Shown: positions 51,134-64,000 of the stretch, in pieces
Position numbering within the stretch: the first letter of the stretch is position 1
Layout of the letters: every line of letters starts with the position of its first letter
Origin: Lingula anatina
Taxonomy: Eukaryota; Animalia; Brachiopoda
Length of the DNA: 64,000 nucleotides
Assembly: GCA_051362555.1 (NCBI GenBank)
Contig: CM120641.1
Span: 29,704,401 to 29,768,400, forward strand
Reading direction: 5' to 3'
Notes under the pieces: model-generated
Told to the model about the DNA's origin: nothing
The model's input: only the letters and a program-made list of their open reading frames with translations
Databases searched by the model: none
Translations under genes and position numbers: made by a program

Positions 51134-52172
51134 TGCTTGTCAGAATTGCCTGCCATTACTGAACCCCCTTTGTAAAGGCACAGTGTTTTGCCATGCTGCA
51201 GAAACATTTCTGGGGTAAAAATGAGGGAAAGTTCCACTAGGATCAACTTCACAGGTTGGAGAACTAAACAAACCACATGAGCTACAAGACAAAACCACAA
51301 CTGATATCTTTTATACATGAAAATTACTAAAAATATCACTGGTTCTAGTGCTTAAACTGCAGGGTATCTGATTGATATGACAGATTTATTCCTGTGAAAT
51401 TGATTAACCAGCATTTTGTTCAATAGGCATACCACCATCAAAGTTACCACAAGAACCAGCTTTACCTTGATTGTAGCATTTCTGTTTTCTTGATTTAGAA
51501 GAAAACTGATGATTGCAATGTTCTACACATGTAAAATCCATATAACACAGTCAAGCCTACATGTACCCGGTATGTGAAAGTTTTCACTCTCTTTATATAG
51601 TTGCTACATGTATCCAGCTTTACTGCTAAAAGTGCAATGCATGTGAGCTAAAATTTATGGATAAAACATATGCTTGTCAGAATTGTCTGCCATTACTGAA
51701 CCCCCTCCGTACAATATTTTGCCATGCTGAAGAAACATTTCTGGGGTAAAAATGAAGGAAAGTTGCAGTAAGATCAACTTCATAGGCTGGATAACTAAAC
51801 AACCATTGGACAAAACCACAAATGATATCTTTTATATTACATGAAAATTACTAAAAATATATTTGGTTCTAACGCTTAAACTGCAGGATATCTGATTGAT
51901 ATGACAGATTTATCCCTGTGAAATTGATTAAGCTGAATTTTGCTCAATAGGCATACCAATTCCACCATCAAAGTTACCATGAGTACCAGCTTTACCTTGA
52001 TGGTAGCATTTCTGTTTTCTTGATTCAGAAGAAAACTGATGATTGTAATGTTCTACACATGTAAAATCCATGTAACACAGTCAAACTGATGTGAAAGTTT
52101 TAGTTCTCTTTAGTCTAGCTTTACTGCTAAGAGTGCAAGGCATGTGTGCTAAAATTTATGGACAAAACATAT
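51134..52172. repeat. Diverged tandem duplication, period about 537 bp
   Basis: Units begin tgcttgtcagaattg at 51134 and 51671. Confidence 0.9.
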
Positions 52173-52267
52173 ATCAAATAGAAATGCTACTTTTATTGAA
52201 ATGTCATAATCATCCTCTTCCTACAAGACAGAGAACGTGGAACACTGGCCAAAATGCCCTAGTGATT

Positions 52268-52322
<55 letters not shown>

Positions 52323-55300
52323 GGGATTAGCATAACATAACTGTGTTTGACTTGATTATATAAAGATATAGCAAAGATTAGAAACAACACTTAATGTTTA
52401 AAAACATCAGCTTTGTAATTTCAGGAGAAATGTTAAGCTTTTCTAGGCAATATATGCATGTAGTTTAGGACAAAAGAATCACACTGCTAACTTACAATTA
52501 ACCTTACAAGAAAACTTTGAAACAGGCTGAAACTCACCTTCAGATTCACTGTGCCACTTGTGATGCAAAGATGAAATGTCTATTTAGGTTTTGGTTTCCT
52601 GTTCTCCACACCTTTTCGTATGCAATAGCAAACCTTCTATTTTCTTTTCCTGTTAACAAGAAGAGAGAAAAAACATCTCAGATGTCTGTTATTGTGAAAA
52701 AAATCAAACATGCAAAATAATGTTTTATTTATATAATCAACGCACTGCTTGTACTACTTACAGTGCATTAGCTATTCTAATGACAACAAGTTTCTTAACA
52801 ATGAGTTTGAACTACAAAAATGGACAGTTTTGTTTAAATAATTGTTAGCAATTGGTTAATTCAATGATAAAACATTAAGCTCTACAGTAATAGTAGTCGC
52901 TACAAAAAATATGATTCATTATAAATCCCGAAGCAATGTTTTGATGACTCTATAGAAAGCAAATTTGGTACATGTAAAAAGGTTAAGTTGTGAGTAACTA
53001 AAACATCCTGAAAAAATAAACTATTGGAATAACTGAAATGGCTGATATCTGTTGATAAATACCACAGGCATAATATGACCCTAACCATTCTAAGCTACAC
53101 CTATACTACAGAGAAATGGATGTTATACATTCAAAATTTACTGCAAAAATGCACTGGATACAACACCACTATAGAACATATATAGTCATTCGGCATCACA
53201 ACAAAACCAAAAAAAAAAAAGACATGTATCCAGCAATCTCAAAGGGGGTTCTTTTCTGAAAAGTGAACTTTTTTCTGCCTTAGTTGACTTGATCATTAGG
53301 AGAAATGGCATGGAAACTTGATCAAATTTTGATTCACAGCAGACATTTCCCAGCCATAAGGGAGTTTCATTCTATCCCCCTCTCCATCTAAGGGCACGAA
53401 AAAGTGTTGATAATGGCTGACATTTTTCCAAAGAAGAACCAAACACTATGCATCAATTAAGTATTGTGTCTCTCTGCCCACCTGTCTCCCAGCAAAGAAA
53501 AAGCACCAAATGTTAAGAGGTGTAACCAGCGGGGGCCAATTTTGACTACAGTACTGATTATGGCTTAACCTTTGTCTTTACACCTTTACAATCGTGAACA
53601 ATCAGTCACTTTTATGTAAGTCTGCCCACAATCTTTCCAGGATTATATAAAAAAAAGGCAATTTTTCAATGTGGCAATTTTCCTTAAATATGCTGCCATG
53701 CCAAAATGACATGTATACAAGCACTGAACGCCTTTCCTAAGCTTCCTACAATCTTAAGCTCAACATATGGCCTTTATCCCTGTTGGCATGAATGTGATTT
53801 ATTTCCCCCTTTACGTCATCTCTAGTAAACCACCCCCCATGTACATCGGGTCTTTTTTCAAGCTAATGAGCTGTACATAATGCTTGTTCATCTCTGAGAA
53901 CTAATGGTCAATCCAATTGAAGAGGTGCTTCATAGCAGACAGACTTAATGACTCACAATAATCAAGATCTCCTATGAAATATTGAGCTATTAAACTGTGA
54001 CAAAGTGGATTTTCCTCTATTCATGCAGTAATTCTCAGTTCAGGCTGACGTGTTTAGATTTGTGCTGTGAAGTAGAAAATGTTCAGTATTTCTTCAATAA
54101 TTAATTAAACAAAATTAGATATATATTCAAATCAATCTGTTGGTATTACTGCTTTGTTCAGTATAAAAAAAGAAACTAACATAGCAAGTAATTTGATAAG
54201 CAGTGACTGCAATCTCTTTTAAAATGTGTCATATTTTCAGATTTTGGCAAGTAATTTGCTTTCAGCCGAACGAAGTTTAGACAAAACAATCAAAACCACA
54301 AAAACCGAAATGACATTTCAGAATATCTGTTGTATAACATAGTCAAATTGCATGGGTGCACAGAGTCAGTGACATAACAGAAGACTGATCAGTTACTACA
54401 TGATCAGTTTACCCAGTTTTCTCAGAATGAGTTTCAGAACATTTATGGTTAACTTAACCTATGCCTACATTCTGCATAAACCCTTTCTTAAACCTGAAGC
54501 TACTACAGTATCCTAATCAGATTGGTTATACCAATTCACAGAGGCCAGTTTACTGCAGACTCTGTTTCCACTATGTGGGGCACCACACTGGTCATACATG
54601 AATGTGACTGATTGCCACTTATTAACATCAGTTCAACAGTAATGTTTGAAGTTATACAGCAGTTATGGTGCAAGTGTGTGCTATGCATTTCCAGAGTGAG
54701 TGAAATGTAATTGGACTCTAGGATCAACATCTTTTAGGGTTTCACTGAATAATAAAATTTAATCAGCTTTCAAATGTAAATATGAATACACTCGGAACAA
54801 GTAAAGATGTAATGTTTAGAGGCAGTGTCATTTAGATGAACACATTTTACATTACAGAAGTGCAATGTACCCTTGCATTCAATCCAAACTGATATCTGTA
54901 CTAGAGCAATTTTCTGAATTGTAATTTGTAACAGTTAAATAAATACTACTACAAAAATGTGGACAAAACACAAAACTGAATTTTGTGAAAAAAAAAGTGT
55001 TATAAAAACTTAAATCAGTGGCGAATCCAAGTTACATGTATCAAGATAAAAAGGAAAATAAATTTGCCTTTCCGTCCCTTTTTTCCTTTTGGGGAAAAAT
55101 GCAGTTTGTGGCATTTTGAAACTTAGTTTAAATAATCCTTTTGTGGGCTGCAGTGTCTTTTCTCCCTTTTTGAGAAGACTTGGAGGTGGATCCATAAATA
55201 TATTTTGAACAAAATGTATAGGTGGGATCTACCTATGATTAATGAAGATGTCCTTCTTTTGGAGCATTAGAGCTTCAAAAATTACTCTTTTTCAACTTCT

Positions 55301-58300
55301 TTTCAATCTAAAGCAAAAAAAAAAAAAAAACCTGATCAAATACAAATATATAAAATTCCTGCTCTTATAGAGCAGTTTACACACTAACTTAATAGGTCTG
55401 GATAATCTACAGAAAACAGTCCAGCCTAAAGACAGATGGGGTAGCAAAGAGTGAAAAAAAAAACCCTGAACATTTTTCATTTTTTAGATGGACATACTCC
55501 ACAAAAAATTTAAACTAACAAAACATACATTAAAAACTGTTAAAGAAAAGTGCATCAAGAAGTGACTGAAAAATTCAATAACAACAACCCCTATGTGCTG
55601 TGTACTTGCCTCTTTCTGACACAATTAGGATGTTCAAGTTCAATATTTAAACCAACATTTCTACCACACGCATGCACATCTAAATTTAAATGTCACCGAA
55701 AATTTCTATATAAGCAATGCACTTCAAATCAGTTTGACCATGACTTTCAAACAGGTTTTTAAAGAGGACCTCCAGAAATCTAGGGATCTGAGTAGCAATT
55801 CAAATATATGTGTAGCGTCTTCAGTGCATGTAACATATTGTTAACTGTAGAGCATTGAAGTGTCTCTCAGTTTATCCTCCCACAGTGTCTGGTACCAACA
55901 AGTAGATCTAATGTGCTACTGCACAACATCTGTCTGCCAGACCTTCAAGAATAGCTTCATTGGTCTTTCAATCAAAGAACAAGATTTTTAGTGTCTATCA
56001 TCTAAGAGTATTAGAGGGGAATAGCAACAAATAGTCTCCATGCTTCGCAGAGCATTACCTTGTCCCTGGGAAGAATTGACACCATCATCTATCTTCATTG
56101 ACCACAAAACATGCATCTTATTTTGTTTGGTGCCTTTTTACTCCCGACAAATCAATCTGAAACATATTCAGGATGGTGTTAGGACAAAAGTCCTCAGACA
56201 CTTCAGATACAATCAGAATGGTTTTTAACAAGATTGGTTTGGAGTCTAAAACCAAATATTTGACAAAAAATTAATTCACCATGAATGTTATTTGAGAGGT
56301 TGCCAGTACTGCATTATCTTTTCAGTGGTAAGGATGAAAATCAATGCACCAGAAATATGGTCTTAGAAAGAAACACTAAGTGGCCTATAAAACATGGTGA
56401 ATTTGAACTTTTGTGCAATAGGCTGTCAATTTGACAGAGCTTAAAGGGATGGGAACTCTTCATTTTGGATGGAAAAGTGCCATTTTGGGGGTAAAAACTA
56501 AAAAATCAGTTTGTCATATTTCTCCTTGACATGAGTACCCATGATCACAATTTCAATGCTGATTTAATGACACCATTTAGTACTGCAAAACCCTGCCAGT
56601 GATTTTTCTTAAAAGTCTTAGTTCTGATTTTATCGTTGAAAAAGCAAAATAATGTCTTTGTTTAATAAAAATCTGTAATTAGGGGCTCATAACTCCAAGA
56701 ACATTTAAACCAAAATGATGACACAGGATGGTAGCCCATACACGCAGGATCAACTCTGCCAATTTCCGTGATAAAATCTTGTTCAGGGATGAAGTTACGC
56801 CCCATACCGATAGCTATCTCATCTCAAAATAAAAAGGTGTTAAATTGACGATTAAAGCTCTAAGTTGCCCATGCTTATACACTGCCACGAGATATATAAA
56901 TGCCTATATTTTATATTTTCAAGGGTTTTCTTATTGTTTTAAATCATCACAAAGATAGATAAGAAATTAGACGCAGGAAAAAACTCATTTTTGGTATCCA
57001 GGTGATTATAAATACCCTTAAGAGATTACAGAGGAGAGCCATTTATGAAGGTCCACATGGTCTAATGCCAAACACAGGCTTCAGAATAACTGTCACCGTA
57101 ATAATCACCAGTATGGTGTTAAAATGGAATTTACTATATTTACATGTTTTGTTTACAAGGTATTTATTATGGAATTTTGAATCTTACATAAAGAGTTGTC
57201 ATCTCTTTAAAGATGCACTTGAAGTCAAATTTTTTGCTGCAAAAGCTGATCAAATGCCACTATATAGTTTCAAAAAGTATAACTTAGAGAAAAACCAAAA
57301 GAAATTATTTCATATTACCAGAAAAATGTTATTTAAGCGGATTTTACTACTCGATTTCAGTGCTGTATATAAACGGGACAGATAAGGAGATCAGATAAGT
57401 AGGTCAAATTTAGGACCAAAAGTGAGAAGAAGGTACAGTATAAAGTTCTTTTAAGTCTGATCAAATGATTAATTTGCATTTATCCTTTGGCATGTTGTCT
57501 CTATTTGAGTCGTATAAGAAACAAATAGAAGTGGTTTATATGCATTATTGGGAATCCATGCTCCACTGACGCTTGGTTCAATTGTACCTTTAAGAGAGAA
57601 CAGCACAAATAATATCCATGGATAAATTCTGACAGCTTTTATACATTGCTTCCAGTCAATGTCACATGCACAGCTTAGGACCACTTAGAAAAATTACACA
57701 CTGCTCCCCTGACAAATTTATTCTATCTGCCAGCATGGTGACACATTTTCAATGCAGAATGGTTTTATTTCAAAAATTTTCAGACAATGACAACATCAGA
57801 ACTGACAGTTTCATTTAAAGGTCACGCACAATCTAAGTGTACCCTATTTTCATAATTTTTCTGGCATCCACTAATGGACAGTCTTACATCTCTGCTCTTA
57901 TTATCTCTCTAATGGTTTTAGCATTTAACCTTTTGGAAAATGCTTCTCCATTTAATGATGGATAACATGCAAATAAGTAATTGCACAATCTCTGAGTCTC
58001 CTCAGGACATTTTGTCCCAAATTATGACAAGACATAATATCCATTTAATGTTAACTGTAGATCACCTTTGATTCTACAGATAAATATGAACAAGCTTAAG
58101 AAGGTTTTGCATGTGTAGCAAAACAGTTGGATTTAACTTATATCAATTAATTATCTACAACATTCGCAGATTGCTTACTTTACAATATATGTAATTCAAG
58201 ACTAAAGAATGCAGGAAACAATATAAGCCTCTAATATTGTCAGCAATTAGCTGGATAATATTTGCCAATCGTAAATCATTTTGCAAGAAAACTATACTGT

Positions 58301-59291
58301 AATGCAATCTTTAGGATCAAAGTAAATTTAATTTTTTTTCAAATAAGTTTGGGGGCATGGCATCTATAATGTGTCAGCATTCTCACCAGTGGAAAATTCT
58401 GGGCCCATAGAGGTATTTTAAATGGCTTTATAAAACTGACGTGTCTGATTGCTTGAAGAGTTGTTAAATATGTTCATTATATTTCACATAAAATTTTTGT
58501 CCCGCTTCTACCCAATTCAGTCCTGGATCCGTCTGTTAGTGAACATGGGCCTTCACACACACAGGACACCTAACAGCTTTCACAGCTTTCAAGGATGCAA
58601 TTTACCTTTTGTTGATTTATTGGTGGTCTGTTTGCAGTGTTCAATATCTCACATGCAGCTACCATAGCTGTACCTTCATAAACATCTTTCCAAAATGACT
58701 AGAAATTCAGACTGCAGACTAAATATCATATCAAGCTATGCATGGATAAAGAATGCAACAGGGAAATTAATACAAAGTGATTCATTGTGACAGCAAAATT
58801 GATACATACTGTAGTAGTAATGGATACTTGGATATGCAATTTTTCACAAACCCTCAGCCTAAATGGCATGTTTAGAAATCATGAATTAGATGTGACCCAT
58901 GAAAAATAAAAATGGTATGAGCTTGATTTATCTTAATAGCCCACTTTTTATAGTAATGACAGTATTATGTCCAAATTGTGACAAAATGCAACTGTTATAA
59001 TCAGCTTTGTAAATAACCATTGTATTTTTGATATAAAGTCAGTAGTTTATGTGGAAGAAATGTAGTGTTCCTGGGACTGGCTTGACACAATCACATCTAA
59101 CTAACACTGATGTCATTCAAGTGGCCTTTTGTAAACTTTCCTGTGTAGGTGAAGCAGGCTTACAGAAAAAACTCCACCAAAAAATAAAAGAAATAAATAA
59201 GTTGTGGATTTGAAAAAAAAAACAAAACAAAAAAAAAAAAGCTTTGGGCCACAGGTTTCCTGGGTTTTTAATACAAATTTGGCTGGTCTAA

Positions 59292-59506
59292 GACCCCATT
59301 CCCACAGATTTTAGATCGATCTATCCCTGTGGGGAGTCTCACTAGATTACTGTCAGCTTAGCCATCTTAAATGTCTGTCCCGCCTCCTTAAAGCTGTAAG
59401 GGGGTAATAAATTACCGTGCACGCTCGGCTGACAGCAATTTAGCGAGGACCCCCAGGGAGTTAGGTCGATCTAGATGGATCGATCTAAATTTATGGGAAT
59501 GCAGTC
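59292..59506. mobile_element. PIF/Harbinger-like MITE family C
   Basis: TIR GACCCCATTCCCA..TGGGAATGCAGTC; TAA TSD. Confidence 0.8.
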
Positions 59507-62500
59507 TAAGGGTTACCTCTTGCACATTTAATATACATCTATATTTGATAGCTTTTTTCTTTCCTTGTCTCAAAGTTGGATGCAATCTTTTTCAACTTCC
59601 TATTTTTGATTAAAAAAAAACTGTATAACATATTTAGTTGAGCTAATATATCATTGACCAAAGATAAAGGCAATATATTTCAATCTCTCTTTCTCTCAGT
59701 GATTTGAGGAGGCCTTATTTAGTTGTGTTGTTACGTTATTGACAACTGTTACAGCTAACTGCAACATATTTCATTCTTTTTCTCTCACTGAATTGATTGA
59801 AGCCTTTCGTCATGCCACCTGTATGTCAGACTGTTGATCAATACCTTTTGACACCAGCAGTAATAACTTATCTGGCTTGACATTTGCCAGATTTGCAAGT
59901 AAAAACAACTTCATTCACCATTCACTGACAGCTGGTCCATGATACCGCAGTGTTGAACATGCTTCTAATTTGGGAGGAAATTAAAATATTAGAGACACAT
60001 TGTAAGGTTAATAGAATTATAATTGGTATAGCGTGTGTTGTGCTTGGCTTGACATTCCATATAAAACACATTACAGTTATTTAGGCAGGTTTACAACCAA
60101 ACTTACTTTGACATGAAAAATACTTACTAACATCACAAGATACACATGAAAGATCCATAGTAACATGCAGTTTTTTTCTGGTCTACGTTAATCTGGTCAT
60201 GAACATGTCTTCAAGACTTCCATGCAATTTTCTTGTAAGGTTTTACTGGTCAAGGGGGAGTCAATTTGAAATGTCATGAACATTTAATTTCTGGTCTCAG
60301 TGTGGAGACATGTCCGAAGGCATTACGTTTGACACTGGCAATATCCGTCCAAATTCATTGGAACCACTTACGGGAATTCAAGAGATAATTAAATTCTTAT
60401 AATTTTTAGTGGCCAAGAGTGATAGTAGGATCTAACTGAATGCAATCAAGCCCACCCCCAGGTGATGCTCCAATTTGATAAAGAGTTTTGTAGAGAGGGC
60501 TCTCTACAAACTTTGGTGCCATGGCTATTTGTAGAATCACTTGTATATATACCAAGTTACCCCTTAGTGAGATTTTTTTAAGGACGTGTTAGAATGCAAT
60601 GCAACCTTTCATCTTTTACTTACATGCCCTCAACTGACTGCAACATTTAGGAAAGTTACACAAGTTTGCTTTGCTGATTTTTGAAACAACAATCTTGTTC
60701 TTATTCTACACAAATTATTAGTAAGGTTAAAGACAACTTACTGCATTCAGTGTCTATATACAATTTATATTGTATTCCATTCTGAATCAGCTAGAGTTGA
60801 TTCCAGGAAATACAATACAGTCAAAATATGCCTTCATGAAATATATCTGTCAAATCTGCATGTTCAAATTTTCTTATCTGACTACTTTATTTAAAAAAAT
60901 GTAAAGGTCAGATGTATTTTTTCTATCATTTCATAATTATATCAGACACAAAGTTTTTGTGGCATCTATCATTGTTAATTATTTGATACAAAAACTATTG
61001 GAAGTACCTAAATCAATACTCAGTAACCATATCTGTATGTATTCATTGTGAACTGAACACAATATCCAGTGATTGAATAGTAATTAATCTTGGATTGTGC
61101 AATGATTGCTTATAAATAAAACCACAATGATAAATGATAAATCGCCAGTAACATAAAAACAACAGATCAGCAAAGAACAATACTTGGTGTGTTGTTTCTT
61201 TCAATACAAGCAAATGGTATTCTCTGTGAATGTAGAATGCTTTAGCAGACCTTTACTTAACAAAGAATAGTAACTGTTTGGGCAATCTTGAAATTGTATC
61301 ACACTATGAGCGTATTATTTTACCATTTTAGGACTATGATGAAGTTGTGATCAAATAAAAAAAAGAGGAAGACTACCTTTTAGATAACCTAATAAAACAA
61401 TTTGTTCAGTAAAACTCCTTATAAACTCACATCATCACTCTCATTTATCATTCACTGCCCATGCATCCATTAATTCAATAATTCTCAACTTTGGCGATTT
61501 TCTGATCAATCACCATGGTTTACCTGTAGCTTATCTCGTGTTCTATCTCTTTTCAGTCTTCTTGTATTTGACCAGCTTGGTAAAGTGTCACTCACAAAGA
61601 TAGGACAACAGTGGACTTGGTTTAAATGTCCCCCACCTCAGGCGTTGGCTGATGTATCCATGGGCTCTCTACAAATAAATGCACCGGAAAATCATGATTC
61701 AGTCAATGAATGTTGTTTCAGATTGACCACTCCATTCTTTAAACAGCAAAATCAAACTTAGGGCTTAATCCTTACTTGCACATAAAACATTCAGATAATT
61801 GTTCAAAATAGCTTGTGCACAATGATCATACCTACAACTATTTATAGTAGATCTTAATACTTCCCACGAGAGCTTAATTCAGATAAGGAAATATGACATC
61901 AACATCAGTATGTCAATATTTGACACTTTAATGAAATTTTACCTCTCTACTTCTCAAGTGATTCTGTCATTTATTCAAGATTATGCATGATATGACCACT
62001 TAGATCCCAGGTTTGACGCCTTTGTGGAAACTGCTTTCTTATTGGTAGAAACACCTGTCAATCAAAGTGAAATGGTGATCTGAAATAATCTGCTACAAAA
62101 TTAGTAATATGAAAGTCTATGTGCAAGTTAAATTATTTGATATGGTCATGATTCAAAAATTTCTACATTCACCTTTAGTATGATTCTTTTTAAGTCGACA
62201 TTTAAATACTAGAAATACTAAAAAGCATCAATTAATAATAATGCATTTGCCTAACTGTGAGACTCACAAAGTATGGTGGCCCGTGAGGATCGAAACACAA
62301 CCTAGTCTACAAACTAATCCTCACTTAACAAATAAAAAGAACCAGCTAAATTTAAACTCCTCTGAGATGCCTAAGAAACCAGTAACTAGAACTATACCTT
62401 TCAAGTGTTTTTAATCTTAATGTTTCCCATATTTTCAAAAAATTGAAAATCTTCTGACTTGTAAACATTTTTCACTTGCCTAAAGACAATATCGAATAAT

Positions 62501-64000
62501 TATGACATTAAAATCATTTACATAAAAGAAAATTCTACTTACCATGTGGTTTTTAATTTCTGATATGCACTTGACACTACCCACAAAGTGACTGGAAGTT
62601 TTAATGAGGATTTGTTTTACACTTTTTTAAAAAAACATATATGCACTCTTAAAAAACATATCAGATTTAGTTGAAAGATGGAGCTAATTATCTTTAATTT
62701 TTTTCTTCACAAATACTCCATCTGATTGCACAAATATATCTTTGCTAACTCAAAAAGTTGCCAAGCTGTTATAAAAATTAGCATGCATGATATTTTTTCG
62801 AATGAAGTAATTCAGACTAATTCTAAGAATAAGTGGGAGAAAACCCGTGATAGTAATGATATGTGTACAAATTGCTGCTTGTGTAGAAACTGCTACTTTG
62901 TAGAGTGATAATAAAATCAAATTGCCAAAATTTATTGCATATATAAGGAAAAGAGTGTACAAAAATAAACCAAACATTTGAGAAACAAAAACATTTTATT
63001 ACTGTTTATTACTATAGCTCAGTAACACCACATGCAATATTCAAAATGCCAGTGCAATATTTTACTGAATATGATGGCCTAACATATAATTTTGTAGGTT
63101 CAAAAAATCAACAAAAGGGTGCTTGGCTTTGAAATTTTAACATGATCAAGAACTGCCCCATTAACCAACTTTTTAAATAAAAACATACAACGTATGTTAT
63201 AACACAAAACCAGTAAGTCTGGAGAAAGAAAGCACGGATCAACATGTCATGATATTATCATTAGAAATATGCTTTATTGTTTCTTATTTAAAATGCTGAC
63301 CCCATGTCCTTCTACAGGGGTCATCCACAGCTGAAAGTTATTGTGGTTCCTCAGATACTGGTGTTCACAGGTACAACCAAGCACAGCAATATGTGTATTA
63401 AGTATAACTCCTGAACCTGAAAATTCCTGCATACAGTTAAGTCAACTACATCTCCCATCTATTATGTTTTAATTAAATCACATGAGCAAAAATGATGTTC
63501 AAAGTTTGTGGATGAAGTTAGTTCGACAATTTTATCAGACAAAAATAACAAATAATGCTGATGACTCCTCACAACTTGCTTCATGTACATGTAGCTCTCT
63601 AGAATAGGTTTGAGCCATTATAAATGACTACATTTGACAAACAGCTTTTTTCCAGTTTTATTTATAACAAATGCTTTTTATATAAATAAGCAATATCTTC
63701 AGTTTTATTCACAGTCTCAAATGCTACCTCTTAAGCTCAGCCACATCCCCTTCTGCTTGGCCTTAATCTCCATTTTACATGTACAAGTCATGTGCTAAAA
63801 CACTTAATCAAAAAATTCACTTTTATCTCACTGACAATTTTGCTTTTGTCATTAAATACCTGGTATAAGTCTAAATTTGAAAACAAAACAAAAATGCAGC
63901 AGTAGTTTAAGCTACTGTCAAAGTGCCCTTGTTTCAGATGTCCCACTTTTAGATATGAAGTGGCCACACATTTCACACGTCACATGTATCTTTTGCCTTC

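Noticed and set aside
54264-54274. 11-nt match to the reverse complement of miR-375
   Set aside because: The seed end does not match and no hairpin is evident. I spotted no conserved miRNA by eye, but the search was not exhaustive.
57002-57385. 127-aa ORF
   Set aside because: Non-ATG start, AT-biased composition, and no family or splice support.
63302-63415. Minus-strand exon-like segment with one open frame
   Set aside because: Weak donor, unrecognised peptide, and no coding partner exon found.

Overview
AT-rich, intron-containing animal genomic DNA, probably from a marine lophotrochozoan (inferred from the hormone subunit sequences). Most ORF-track entries are spurious, so genes were rebuilt by hand from GT-AG splice sites. 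Left to right: (1) the last two coding exons of an unidentified + strand gene; (2) a minus-strand three-exon unit that appears bicistronic, with an unassigned 61-aa membrane microprotein in exon 2 followed 8 nt later by complex I subunit NDUFB1 in exon 3; (3) COX8 with an unusual Lys-rich tail; (4) a 152-aa orphan ORF; (5) the two thyrostimulin subunits GPB5 (+) and GPA2 (-), arranged convergently; (6) about 27 kb with no recognisable coding sequence. Non-autonomous transposons are dense: Helentron/HINE-like elements with 146-bp arrays rich in nuclear-receptor half-sites, plus Harbinger-, hAT-, CACTA-, piggyBac- and Tc1-like MITEs. All family assignments rest on motif recall, not database searches.
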